Below, piece by piece: positions 1 through 11,117 of a DNA stretch of 64,000 nt (positions are counted from its first letter, which is position 1; each line of letters starts with the position of its first letter). The stretch spans positions 318,124,280 through 318,188,279 of the forward strand of contig NC_058131.1 in NCBI RefSeq assembly GCF_016433145.1. The letters run 5' to 3'. The DNA comes from Gracilinanus agilis (Eukaryota). Below the pieces are notes generated by a model that did not search any database, was not told the origin of the DNA, and was given only the letters and a program-made list of their open reading frames with translations. A program made the translations under genes and the position numbers.

Positions 1-468
1 CCCTCCACACACAACATCTATAGCGCTGAAGCCAGCTAAAAAGAAATAGAGCAAGTTTGGGGCACCCATCGAGTCATTGGCAGCTCCGGGGCCTGTTCCT
101 GAGAGCAGCAAGATTTAGGACCCCAGTAAGCCAAAGAACGCACGCGAAATCTGAGCGCGGGAGCAGAGAGTGGACGCCGGGCGCAGAACGCGGGCTGAGA
201 GCACAGGCACGGGCGGAGGCGTGGGTGGAGGCAGACACAGCCAGGAACTAAAGCTCTGAAAACCTGAGTGGGGAACCAGTGCAGACGGGTATACGACTGT
301 GGAAGCAGCGCCCTGAGTCTTGTAAAGGAACCTCCTGCAGAGGATCAAGCAAGGGGGTACCCCAGGGGGCTTGACCTTGGAAAAAACCAGAACTCAGACC
401 TCAGGAGCCAATAGACCGCGGACAGACACTGAGCGAGAGGATAAAGCTGAGAAGCTGCTGGGCTAAAG

Positions 469-1491
469 ATGGCTACCCAGTCTCAGGAAGCTCAGAAGAG
501 AAAGAATAACAACAAGAAAAAGAAGCCTTTAACACTCTACAACTTTTACACAGAGAAAATCTAGATAACCGAGCAAACAGAGGAGGAGAACAAACAAGCA
601 TCCGGACCCTCCTCAAATAAGGAAAACTTCTCACAAGCTATGGAAGAGTTCAAAACTGAGATTTTGAGGAAAATGGAAGAGATCTGGCAAGAAAATAACT
701 GTTTAAAAGGTAGAATCTTGCAATTGAACACCAGAAATGACCAGATTGAAAAGGAATACCAGAAGATTATGGCCGAAAACCAGAAGATTATGGCCGAAAA
801 CCGAAAGATTATAGCTGAAAATCAATCCCTAAAGGTTAGAATTGAGCAAGTAGAAGCTAATGATCTCTCAAGAAAACAAGAACAAATAAAACAAAGTCAA
901 AAGACTGAAAAAATAGAAGGAAACATGAAATATCTCAATGAGAGAGTGACAGACCACGAAAACCGGTCTAGAAGAGACAATTTGAGAATAATCGGTCTTC
1001 CAGAAAAACCAGAAATTAATAGAAACCTGGACTCCGTACTAAAAGAAATTATTCAGCAAAATTGCCCTGAAGTTCTACAACAAGAGGGCAATATAGACAT
1101 CGAAAGGATTCATAGAACACCCACTACATTCGATCCAGAGAAAAAAACGGTTAGAAATATTATTGCCAAATTCAAAAGCTTTCAAGCAAAAGAAAAAATC
1201 TTACAAGAAGCCAGAAAGAGACAATTCAAATATCAAGGAGCACCAATCAGAATCACACAGGATCTGGCAGCCTCCACGCTAAAAGACCGTAAGGCTTGGA
1301 ATACAATATTCAGAAAGGCAAGAGAGCTGGGCCTGCAACCACGGATCAACTACCCATCAAAATTGACTATATATTTCCAGGGGAAAGTATAGGCATTCAA
1401 CAAAATTGAAGAATTCCAGGTATTTGCACAGAAAGGACCAGGGCTAAATGGAAAGTTTGATATCGAACCACAAAAATCGAGAGAAACCTGA
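469..1491 (+). pseudogene. L1 ORF1p (coiled coil-RRM-CTD), disrupted by two nonsense codons
   Basis: ATG at 469 (MATQSQEAQKRK...) is in frame with the tracked ORF 640-1392. In-frame TAGs lie at 562-564 and 1390-1392; read-through continues AFNKIEEFQVF...SRET to TGA at 1489-1491. Confidence 0.9.
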
Positions 1492-2206
1492 AAAAGGTAA
1501 ATAAGATACAGAGGGGAAAGAAAGAAAACTTATAATTTTTAAATTTGCCTTTTTAAGGGCCTCAGTGAGATCTAATTATATGTATTCCTATGTAGAGAAA
1601 TGTTATGTATAATTCTCTGTAGTGAACTCTATTCACTATCATAATATTCACTATTATAGTAATCAGAAGCATAATTCACAGGGTGAGGGTGGAACACTAA
1701 ATAATCTAAGATGGCGTGGGGGAGGGGAAAGAGGGGGTAAATAGCAGGGGACACCAAGAGAAACTTGAGTGAATAAGAAAATAGAATATTCTATTACACA
1801 CAAAGAGGGCATGGGAGGGAGAGGGGACAAATACTACTATAAGAAGGAGAGGAAGAGAGCATTAAGAGGTAATAATCAAACCTTACTCTCAGTGTAATCA
1901 ACCCGGAGAGGGAAGAGTAGCTATACTATCCATTGGGAAATAAAACTCTTATCTAACCCTTCTGAGAAAGTTAGAAGGGATAAACCAAGGGGAGCAGGGG
2001 AGTGGGGAGGTCAAAAAAAGGGAGGGGTTAAGGGGGAGGGAATTCATAAGGCCTTTAAAAACAAAAAGAGGGGGAAAAAATAAGGGAGGGGGTAGAAAGG
2101 GAAGTTAATCAAGGGAGGGGATAAGGGATAGGGTCTTAATAACAAACCACTGGTTTTAACGGAAATAGTTTAAGGAGAAGGGGTAGGAATGGGGGAGGAT
2201 TTGAAA

Positions 2207-3581
2207 ATGTCAGCAAATGCACAACTAATGATTATAACTCTGAATGTGAATGGGATGTGCCATACCTATCAAATTACCAAAAAACTTCTTTACTGAATTA
2301 GGAAAAACTATAACAAAGTTCATTTGGAATAACAAAAGATCAAGAATATCAAGGGAAATAATGAAAAAAAATGTTAAGGAAGGGGGCTTGGCAGTACCAG
2401 ATATTAAACTATACTATAAAGCAGCAGTCATCAAAACAATATGGTACTGGCTAAGAGATAGAAGGGAGGATTAGTGGAATAGACTTGGGGTTAATGATGT
2501 CAGCAAGACAGTGTACGATAAACCCAAAGAGACCGACTTTTGGGAAATGAATCCACTATTTGACAAAAACTGCTGGGAAATTTGGAAAACAATATGGGAG
2601 AGATTAGGTTTAGATCAACATCTCACACCCTACACCAAGATAAATTCAAAATGGGTGAATGACCTGAATATAAAGAGGGAAACTATAAATAAGTTAAGTG
2701 AACACAAAATAGTATACCTGTCAGATCTCTGGGAAAGGAAAGATTTTAAAACCAAGCAAGAGTTAGAGAAAATTACAAAAGGTAAAATAAATTATTTTGA
2801 TTATATAAAACTAAAAAGCTTTTGTACAAACCAAAACAATGTAGCCAAGATCAGAAGGGAAACAACAAATTGGGAAAAAATCTTTATAACAAAAAACTCT
2901 GACAGGGGTCTAATTATTCAAATATACAAGGAGTTAAATCAATTGTATAAAAAATCAAGCCATTCCCCAAGTGAAAAATGGGAAAGAGACATGAATAGGC
3001 AATTTTCAGGTAAAGAAATCAAAAATATCAATAAGCACATGAGAATGTGTTCTAAATCTCTAATAATTAGAGAAATGCAAATCAAAACAACCCTGAGGTA
3101 TCACCTCACACCTAGCAGATTGGCTAAAATAAAAGAAGAGGAGAGTAATGAATGCTGGAGGGGATGTGGCAAAATTGGGACATTAATGCATTGCTGGTGG
3201 AGTTGTGAACTGATCCAACCATTCTGGCTGGCAATTTGGAACTATGCTCAAAGGGCTATAAAAGACTGCCTGCCCTTTGATCCAGCCATACCATTGTTGG
3301 GTTTGTACCCCAAAGAGATCATAGATAAACAGACTTGTACGAAAATATTTATAGCTGTGCTTTTTGTGGTGGCAAAGAACTGGAAAGGGAGGGTATGCCC
3401 TTCAATTGGGGAATGGCTGAACAAACTGTGGTATATGCTGGTGATGGAATACTATTGTGCTAAAAGGAATAATAAACTGGAGGAATTCCATGTGAACTGG
3501 AGAGACCTCCAGGAACTGATGCAGAGTGAAAGGAGCAGAGCCAGAAGAACATTGTACACAGAGACGGATACACTGTGGTAA
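2207..3581 (+). pseudogene. L1 ORF2p remnant: first 17 codons joined out of frame to the post-RT C-terminal region
   Basis: ATG 2207 reads [17 protein letters not shown] (start of the APE endonuclease, LNVNG motif). The sequence jumps at 2257/2258 to [17 protein letters not shown] at 2472-2474, then an open frame to 3581 with the Cys-rich domain. Confidence 0.9.
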
Positions 3582-3945
3582 AATCGAATGTAATGGACTT
3601 CTGTACCAGCAGCAATGCAATGACACAAGACAGCTCTGAGGGATTTATGGTAAAGAATGCTACCCACATTCAGAGGAAGATCTGCAGGAGAGGAAACATA
3701 GAAGATAAACAATTGCTTGAATGCATGGGCTGAGGCGGACATGATTGGGGATGTAGACTCGAAACTACCACACCAATGCAACTAACAACAATATGGAAAT
3801 AGGCCCTGAACAAGGACACATGTTACAACCAGTGAAAATGTGTGTCGGCCATGGGTGGGGGGAGAGCGGGGGGTGAAGGGGAAAGTAGGGGCATAAAGTA
3901 TGTAAACAGGTTAAAAATGAATATTAATAAATGTTTAAAAAAAGA

Positions 3946-4041
3946 AATTAATTACTTAATTCCAAATGAATGACTCAAGTCAGAATAACTTTTATGGTAG
4001 TTTATTTACAAATAGAAAGAGTGAAAGTAAGGAAAATGTGA

Positions 4042-4077
<36 letters not shown>

Positions 4078-4600
4078 CAGAGACAGAGAGATAATTACTC
4101 TAGCCTGGTCCAAACCAGGCAGGGCTTCAGAGGCCCCAGCAAAGGGAGGCACAGAGGTTAATTAAACAAGGCTTCTAGCCACGAGGCCTCCTCCAAGAAG
4201 AGGGGCCTCTCCAGAGGCTAGTGCCTCATGGAAAGGGGGTCAACCTTTTTTACTCATCCACGTGGCAGTCCAAAGGGAAGCAGTCTGAGGTCTCAAGTCC
4301 GAGCTCCTCCAAAACCGAGTTCAAAGGGGGAAAAACCTCCTCATAGGAAATTACCACCATATTTAAAGACAGTTTTTTGCATCACTTGCATGTCTTCCTT
4401 CCACTTTTACATAGACCAATGGCAGCTTTAAATTTGCTTTGGACTGCCCAGGGGATAGTCAGTTGTTTTTGATATGTCACTTGCTAGTACACGGGGGTTA
4501 TAGGCCACCCTACCCCACTTCATCCTTAAGTTGGGGTATATACATTCCTGGTGGCTAAAATCGAAAGAATAAATAGGGGAGAGTTTATCCCATCTTCACA
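3946..4600 (-). mobile_element. ERV LTR, apparently interrupted at its 3' part by the L1
   Basis: Minus strand begins TGTGAAGATGG at 4600 and has a minus-strand AATAAA (plus TTTATT 4001-4006). It contains an internal (GA)n/(GAGACA)n tract and abuts the L1 tail. Confidence 0.6.
4047..4090. repeat. (GA)n/(GAGACA)n microsatellite
   Basis: Direct reading of the sequence. Confidence 0.95.
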
Positions 4601-5199
4601 ATAGAATAGACCCATCAGTCTAGAGTTGTGCAAAACTCTAGTTGTAGCTCTTGAAATAATCATTCATTCCACTTATGTATGCTCATGAGTGTGTTTTGTT
4701 AGTTCCACAGCATCCTATACTTTTTCAATCCTATAGCTTTTGGAAAAAATATAGGGTTGCTAAAGAAGTATTTGAGAAAATAAATTTTGTACTTTAAGAC
4801 CATGTTGCTGTAGCATCATGCAGGTTATTGAAACCTTAACATTTAATTATATATTATAGACATGAATTAGAAAGACTTCTTACACATTCTTTAATCTTGT
4901 AAAAGAAGCATAGTATATAGTTTTGCAAGTATCTTTTTTTTCACAGAGATAATTTTATCCCATTTTCTAGCAAAGTGGAGAGAAATTGTACAGAACAAAA
5001 AATGTTAATATTGCCATTTGGTAGTAAATCATAAAGCTGTAATCTAATATGTTGGATGATCATGAAAAGTGCCTTCCAGCTCTAGTTTCTATGATGGTAG
5101 TACAACCTCCTCATTTTACAAAAGAGAAAACAGATTCACAGGTGGAAGTAACTTGCCCCAAATCATTCGTGTAATATGTGACAGGATTTAAACTTCTCT

Positions 5200-5690
5200 T
5201 TTTCTTTATTCAAAGATATTTTATTTTCCAAATTTCCTATAATAACAATTTTCAATATGTTTTCTTAAACTATAAGATCCAAATTATCTCTCTTCCTCCC
5301 CCCTCTCAGAGATGGTAAGCAATTTGATCTAGGTTATACATGAAATATGCAAAATATACTTCCATACTGGTCATTGTTGTAAGAGAATACTCCTATAAAA
5401 CCAAAACCTCCCAATAAAATCATAAATAAAGTAATGTGGAAAATAGCATGCTTTGATGTGCATCTGGCTCCAACAGTTCTTTCTCTGGAGGTGGATGGCA
5501 TTCTTTGTCTTAAGTCCTTGAGAAATGTCCTGGATCATTTTATTGCTGAGATTAGCTAAATCTATTGCAGCTGATTGTTGTATATTATTGCTGTTACTGT
5601 GTACAGTGTTCTCCTGGTTCTGCTTATTTTACCTTGCATCAGTTCATGTAGATCTTTCCAGCTTTTTCTGAAATCATCCTGCTCATTGTT
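5200..5690 (-). mobile_element. Old marsupial L1 3' UTR fragment, interrupted by a SINE
   Basis: T-rich start and recurrent L1_Mars-like 3' UTR sequence also seen near 28000-28800 and 44840-45050. Confidence 0.5.
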
Positions 5691-5696
5691 TTTTTT

Positions 5697-5876
5697 TTTA
5701 ACCCTTAATTTTTGGTGTATTGTCTTATAGGTGGAAGAGTGGTAAGGGTGGGCAATGGGGGTCAAGTGACTTGCCCAGGGTCACACAGCTGGGAAGTGGC
5801 TGAGGCCGGGTTTGAACCTAGGACCTCCTGTCTCTAGGCCTGACTCTCACTCCACTGAGCTACCCAGCTGCCCCCT
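5697..5876 (-). mobile_element. SINE1_Mdo-like tRNA-derived CORE SINE
   Basis: Characteristic ...gggcaatgggggtcaagtgacttgcccagggtcacacagctgggaagtg...ccactgagctacccagctgccccc, repeated many times in the window. Confidence 0.9.
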
Positions 5877-6099
5877 CTGCTCATTGTTTTTTAAAGGATT
5901 TAAACTTCTGACACTAAAATCAATCTTCTTTTCATTATACCTATCAGTTTCTTGTACTATGTATATGCTGAAATATTTAGGAAATCATTCCAAGGTCCTT
6001 TCTCTACAAGTTTATGTTGAATAACTTCATAAGAATCTTATTGAGAAAAGGCAACCCTTTTATACTTCTCTATGTAATTCACACTCACACTCAACACAG

Positions 6100-6825
6100 T
6101 AGCTTTTCATGCTTCTCAAACTTCCCATTATTCCCTCTAGCCCTACCCTCTCAGTGGAGAAGCTTGCCTCAGATTGCACTGAAAAATTGAGGCTATTTAT
6201 CAAAGGTTTCTCTTTTCTCTTTCTCTTAACTCACAGCATCCTGATGCCTCCTACCACTATCTCCTACTTTACTTCTTTTTCACACGAAGAGGCATCTTTT
6301 CTCCTTGAAAAGGCAAATATTTCTATATGCACAAGTGATTCTATTTTCTCTTCTCTTCTTCAGCAGATTACCACCTCTATCATCCCCCTTTCTCACTTAT
6401 CATTCTCTCTGTATGTACTGTTTGCATCTTTGCTGCTGAGAAACATGCCCATGTCTCCCCTATCCCGAAAAAAAAAAACAAAACAAAACACCATTTGACC
6501 CATCAATCCCTGCTAGCTTTCATTCCATATTTCTCCTCTTTTTTTGTGGCTAAACTCCTTGAGAAAGCCATCTGTATAAGGTGCTTCCATTTTATTTTTT
6601 CTCTCTTAAGTCCCTATAGCTTGGCTTCCTCTCCTTTTCTACCCGAACTGCTCTTTTCAGTGTTCCTAACAATTTCTTAATTGCCAAATGGGATAGACTT
6701 TTCTCTATTCTCATATTTCTTGAACTCTTGGTAGCCTTCAGTACTATCAATCACCCTCTTCTCCTTGGTATACTTTTCTTTCTAGGTTTTCTTGACACTA
6801 TTCTCTCCTGGTCCTCTTCCTGCTA
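6100..6825 (+). mobile_element. LINE-2 fragment, piece 1 of one L2 split by later insertions
   Basis: C/T-rich L2-like sequence ending ...ctcctggtcctcttcctgc, which resumes at ~11502 (ctacctagctgatctc...). Confidence 0.7.
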
Positions 6826-8343
6826 TGATTGGTGAAATCTGAAATAACTGAGGAAACAAAGGTTCAAACTTCGTAGCATATTGATTTTTAAGCAATGCAT
6901 GCCAATTGCATAATAAGTCATGACCAGATTGCCTCAACTTAGCACTGGACTGCAAATATAGAAGAAGTTGGATTTTTATGCATTAAAAGACAAGATTAGA
7001 TAATCTATACTAGAGTTGGAGGGGGAGAATGAGCATGTGAACTTTTCTAGATGTGAAATAGATGTCACTTAATTCCTACAATTAGCAAGCAGGTGGAATT
7101 TATAGGGAAATGAAACTTACTCCTCAAAGTGGAATCATTTTTATAATATGGAGTCATTTTGGTTCACACAATTCCCACAATTCTTTTAAATCTTTGAATC
7201 ATGAGGGAAGGGCCAGCCCACTCTCCCCATGGACCAATTATATATAAGCTAAATTTACATGGTTTTTTTCATGTGCTCATTTTCACTGTCAGCATTACTT
7301 ACCAAGATAAGACTGTTGGGAAGCATCCTCTTGCATAACTTAGTGCAACAACTAACACAGACTCTAAGAACAATAATAATGATATACAAGCCTTATTAAA
7401 TGAACCATATGTAAACCCAAGTCAGGCTATAGATCAAACTGCCTAGAAGGTTCATAATGGACTAATTTTGAGAGGGGAGATTTACATATCATCAAGATAA
7501 ACAAGAAAACAGCATAAAAAACACAAAAACAAAAGGCTAAAGCACTACAATGATGATCATCAGTTTTAAATAGCATCAAGTTTCCAAGCATTTTAAACCC
7601 ATTTCAGGTATCCATGTAGTCAACTTGTTACACAGTATTCATTCTAAGACAGAAGGTAAGGACTTAAAAAAAAAAAGTTATAGTGGGCACTATTGTTATT
7701 TTCTTCTTTACATATTAGGAAACTGAGGTAAATAGAGATAAGGTAACTTGTGTAATATCACATAGTTAATAAGTTTCTGAAACCAGATTGTAATTTTTGG
7801 GTTTCACTGTATTTTTCCTTTTTTTTTTTGTATTTGATGCCACAATTACTAGAACACATTTCACCACTTCATAATTTAGTTATAGAACAAATCCAACCAA
7901 ATAAAATCTGAATTAACAACCACAAAATTAAAATCTCTGTTTTTCAGAGCTATTAGGTACCTGTCCTTTAAAATTTAAAACCCCAAGTTAACAATTAGCT
8001 CATTTTCAAAAATTCATGGTAGCCCTTTCACCTTTACATAAACGTTTTACTTATTTCTTTCAAAAATCAACCAGAGAATAAAATAAGATATAAGGGGAGG
8101 AGAGCCAAATGGGATAATGGTAGATCCACTTAGGGATTCCTCTAATACCCAGCTGGTATCTCCGAATATTCTAACCTCTGGTTAGTGAGAGTGAAACAGA
8201 ATCACTTTCTCTCACTGGGCCAGTTGTGCAAACACCTTTGGAGACAATTTATATATATACATATATATATATAATTAGTGTCTATTTTATTATAAGAGGT
8301 GATACAAACTGAGGATCAGAACAAGGGGTCCCTAACTCTAAGG

Positions 8344-8539
8344 CAGTGATTCCCAAACTTTTTTGGCTTACCACCCCCTTTCCAGAAAAATATTACTTAG
8401 CCCCCTGGAAATTAATTTTTAAAAAATTTTAATAGCAATTAATAGGAAAGATAAATGCACCTGTGGCCTTCACCACCACCACCCCTGGATCGCTGCAGCA
8501 CCCACCAGGGGGTGGTAGCACCCACTTTGGGAATCACTG
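8344..8539. mobile_element. hAT (Charlie-like) MITE, 196 bp
   Basis: TIRs CAGTGATTCCCAAA / TTTGGGAATCACTG; perfect 8-bp TSD CTCTAAGG (8336-8343, 8540-8547). Confidence 0.92.
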
Positions 8540-9392
8540 CTCTAAGGGATCTAGCTATTCACCCAACAACCTTCTATGTCCCTTGCAAGAGGGAGCCTTC
8601 AGGTCTTCTGGCTAACTTACCAGCTCCCAATTTCTATCTAGGTGTTCCCCCAAAAGTTGACTGAGCTACCTATCAATGACCCTCAATAGTTAGTTTGACT
8701 TAGTTCAAAATCTGTCCCCAAAACTCTTTAGGATTGCTCTCAAATGGCTTACATCCATCCCAGGGGGTCTGACCTCTGATGTTAAAACCTCAAAACCGAT
8801 CTGACAGGAGTTTTAGATAAAACCCTTCTGGAAAGCACAGCAGGTATGATGAGATACTTTTCCGCATATTCCCAGTCAAACAGAGTACTTCCAAAGATGA
8901 TTTAGGGGTTTCTCCTCCTCCACAGTCAGGTTGAGTTAGCTAAGCTCCAATAAGCTGCCTTTCCTCCACCCGTTGGGACAGGAAGAGCCCAAAGCCTCCC
9001 AAAATACTAGTTGTTACTTCCAAAGTGTTCCTCCTCTGCCTTCTGCCTGCTAAAATCCTTTCCATTGAGTTCCTAGTATGTGCTTTAAAGTTAGCCTTCC
9101 ACCTCTCTTAAATCTTATCCAATCTCTATCCTTTTCCCATTAGGAGAATCAAATAGATTTCTTTCATGTTCATAACCTAGCCCCACCATCTTTTTTCAGT
9201 TTTAAAGCTGGCGGAAAGATAGGGATTGATTCTAAGTGGCAGCTTTGCTTTCAAGCTCATTCAGGGTCAGAGTACTGAATTTTATAATCTTATCTAATAA
9301 TATCCCTTATTTAAATAACTAATCTTTACTCATTGTATTACTCTTTGTAATTTAGCTCTCTGAAAGTCTTATTCTTATTTTTCCTTAAAACA

Positions 9393-9590
9393 GGTGACAG
9401 TGAGATGGTTCAGTGGATTGAGAGCTAGGCTTAGAGACCTGGAGGTCCTGGGTTCAAATCTAGCCTCAGAAACTGCCTAACTGTTTGACCCTGGGCAAGT
9501 CACTTAACCCCCATTGTCTAGGCCTTACTGCTCTATTACCTTGGAACCCCTACTCAGTGTTAATGCTAAGATGGAAGATAAGGTTTTTAA
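9393..9590 (+). mobile_element. SINE1_Mdo-like SINE
   Basis: tRNA-like head (...cagtggattgagagctagg...gttcaaatc), CORE (accctgggcaagtcacttaacc), family tail and A-run. Confidence 0.88.
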
Positions 9591-10926
9591 AAAAACAAAA
9601 ATAGAAACAAATTTTACAGATTAGTACCCAAGTACTCACCAAGATATATCAGAACATGTTGACCTGCTAAATGCATTATCAGGAGAAACAGAAGGGTCTG
9701 AGTTTCTGGAATTACCCAAAGTTCTAGGCGTTCTCTTCTGCAATCTTAAAATGATTAATCTCCAAACTCCTTAATGATTAATCTCCAATCTCCCAAGATC
9801 TTTTAGCAGTTACCATAATTTGGAAATTTACAGTAAAACTATTACATGTCAATTATAAATTCAGTATCTAATTCATTTACATGGCCATAAATTTCTACAG
9901 ACCAGAATAAGTTTTCCTTTCTTTGATTATCTGACTTTATCTCTATTGCCACAGCTAAAATGAAAGAGAAAGTATCTTTCAGGGTTCTTTTTTTCTTTTT
10001 AACATGATTTTCTACTAAAAGCCTAAAGTGGAAGTTAGTCTTGTTTACTGGCACAGAGAATTTAGCATCAGATTACAGACAGCTCAGAGAATTGCTTAAG
10101 TATATAGTTACGTTAATCTTTCCCCAGCATACTAAACTCTTTGGCTTCAGCTTTTTAGCAGCCTTTTTGATTGACTGCATTTTCCTCTTAGAAATCTTTC
10201 AAGGTAGTAGAAACTACAAACAACACTAAACAACATAGCACAAGACAAAGATTTTTTTTCCTAAGCATTTTATAGACATAAAAACATTCAGAATGAAAAG
10301 ACAAACACGTACTTGCTACCTACTGAAAGTCTAATCTCAAAGTCTTTAATTTGCTGTAATTAAAAGTCCCTTCTTCAAGCCAATTTTGTGACCTATTTGG
10401 ATTTTTATGTATTTTAGCCTACTTTGAGACCTCTGTCTTTTAGTTACCCCCTCTATTCCTCTGTGAGAATATCCTTAAGGAGAGGGGCAATTTAACAGCT
10501 GCTCTTCCCTTGATCTCATGCCAGAAGAAATTTGACCAGGGGAATTCCCATCAGAATGGTATTCCAGGATCCCATAATTTCCCTGACAGTTTGGAGAATT
10601 ATCCTACCTTAAGGGGACTATTCATACTATTTCCCCAACAGTGTGGGCGCTAACCTTTCCTAACAGTGTTTGGGATAAACTTTCCTACTGATGCTGGAGC
10701 TTTACCAAGTAGTATTGGGGCTTTGCCTTTCTCAATCTTCTCTAGCAAGCAATATGGGGGTCTATTTTGCCTTGGAAGAAATGAAATCTAGGTAGGTATC
10801 TTACCTCAAAGACAGTCTTCTTTGAAAAGGTTCCTCAGTCAAAGATTAACTAGAGTACTCTAGGGAGTTTTTCTGAAAGGCTTTCCTAGTGGATAGAGTT
10901 CTGTGTCTCAACCTGATTGGCTACAC

Positions 10927-11117
10927 CAGTGGTTCCCAAAATTTTTTTGCCCTACTGCCCCCTTTCCAGAAAAATTATTACATAGCCCCCTGGAAATTAT
11001 TTTTTTTTAATTTTAATAACAATTAATAGGAAAGATAAATGCACCAGTGGCCATCAACGCTCCTGGATCGCTGCAGCACCCACTAGGGGACGGTAGTGCC
11101 CACTTTGGGAATCACTG
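10927..11117. mobile_element. hAT MITE, 191 bp, same family as 8344-8539
   Basis: TIRs CAGTGGTTCCCAAA / TTTGGGAATCACTG; perfect 8-bp TSD GGCTACAC (10919-10926, 11118-11125). Confidence 0.92.

Larger units (their letters stand above)
1..3945 (+). mobile_element. LINE-1 (marsupial L1_Mdo-type) with 5' UTR, ORF1, ~715-bp inter-ORF spacer, internally deleted ORF2, 3' UTR and short poly(A); the 5' end probably lies upstream of the window
   Basis: CpG-containing 5' region, L1 ORF1p motifs (RSRRDNLRIIGLPE, IRITQDLAASTL), ORF2 C-terminal motifs (AIPIKLP, YHLTPSRLA, CWRGCGKIGTLMHCWWSC), G-rich 3' UTR, AATAAA at 3926-3931 followed by an A-run. Confidence 0.95.
8060..9620 (-). mobile_element. Probable separate LTR nested in the ERV interior, itself carrying a MITE and a SINE
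   Basis: LTR-like composition with an internal (TA)n tract; boundaries uncertain. Confidence 0.35.

Noticed and set aside
37-46. AAAAAGAAAT at 37-46 and again at the L1 tail as a possible TSD
   Set aside because: The match is low complexity, and positions 1-36 do not look like the missing LTR end. The L1 5' end is probably outside the window.
115-348. 77-aa antisense ORF in the L1 5' UTR, reminiscent of primate ORF0
   Set aside because: It starts at TTG rather than ATG, has no recognisable similarity, and ORFs of this length are expected in GC-rich sequence.
2511-3581. Uninterrupted 356-aa L1 ORF2 C-terminal ORF as a possible domesticated gene
   Set aside because: It starts at GTG, and a young L1 would retain an open stretch this long. 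The same element has nonsense codons at 562, 1390 and 2472, and there is no sign of selection.
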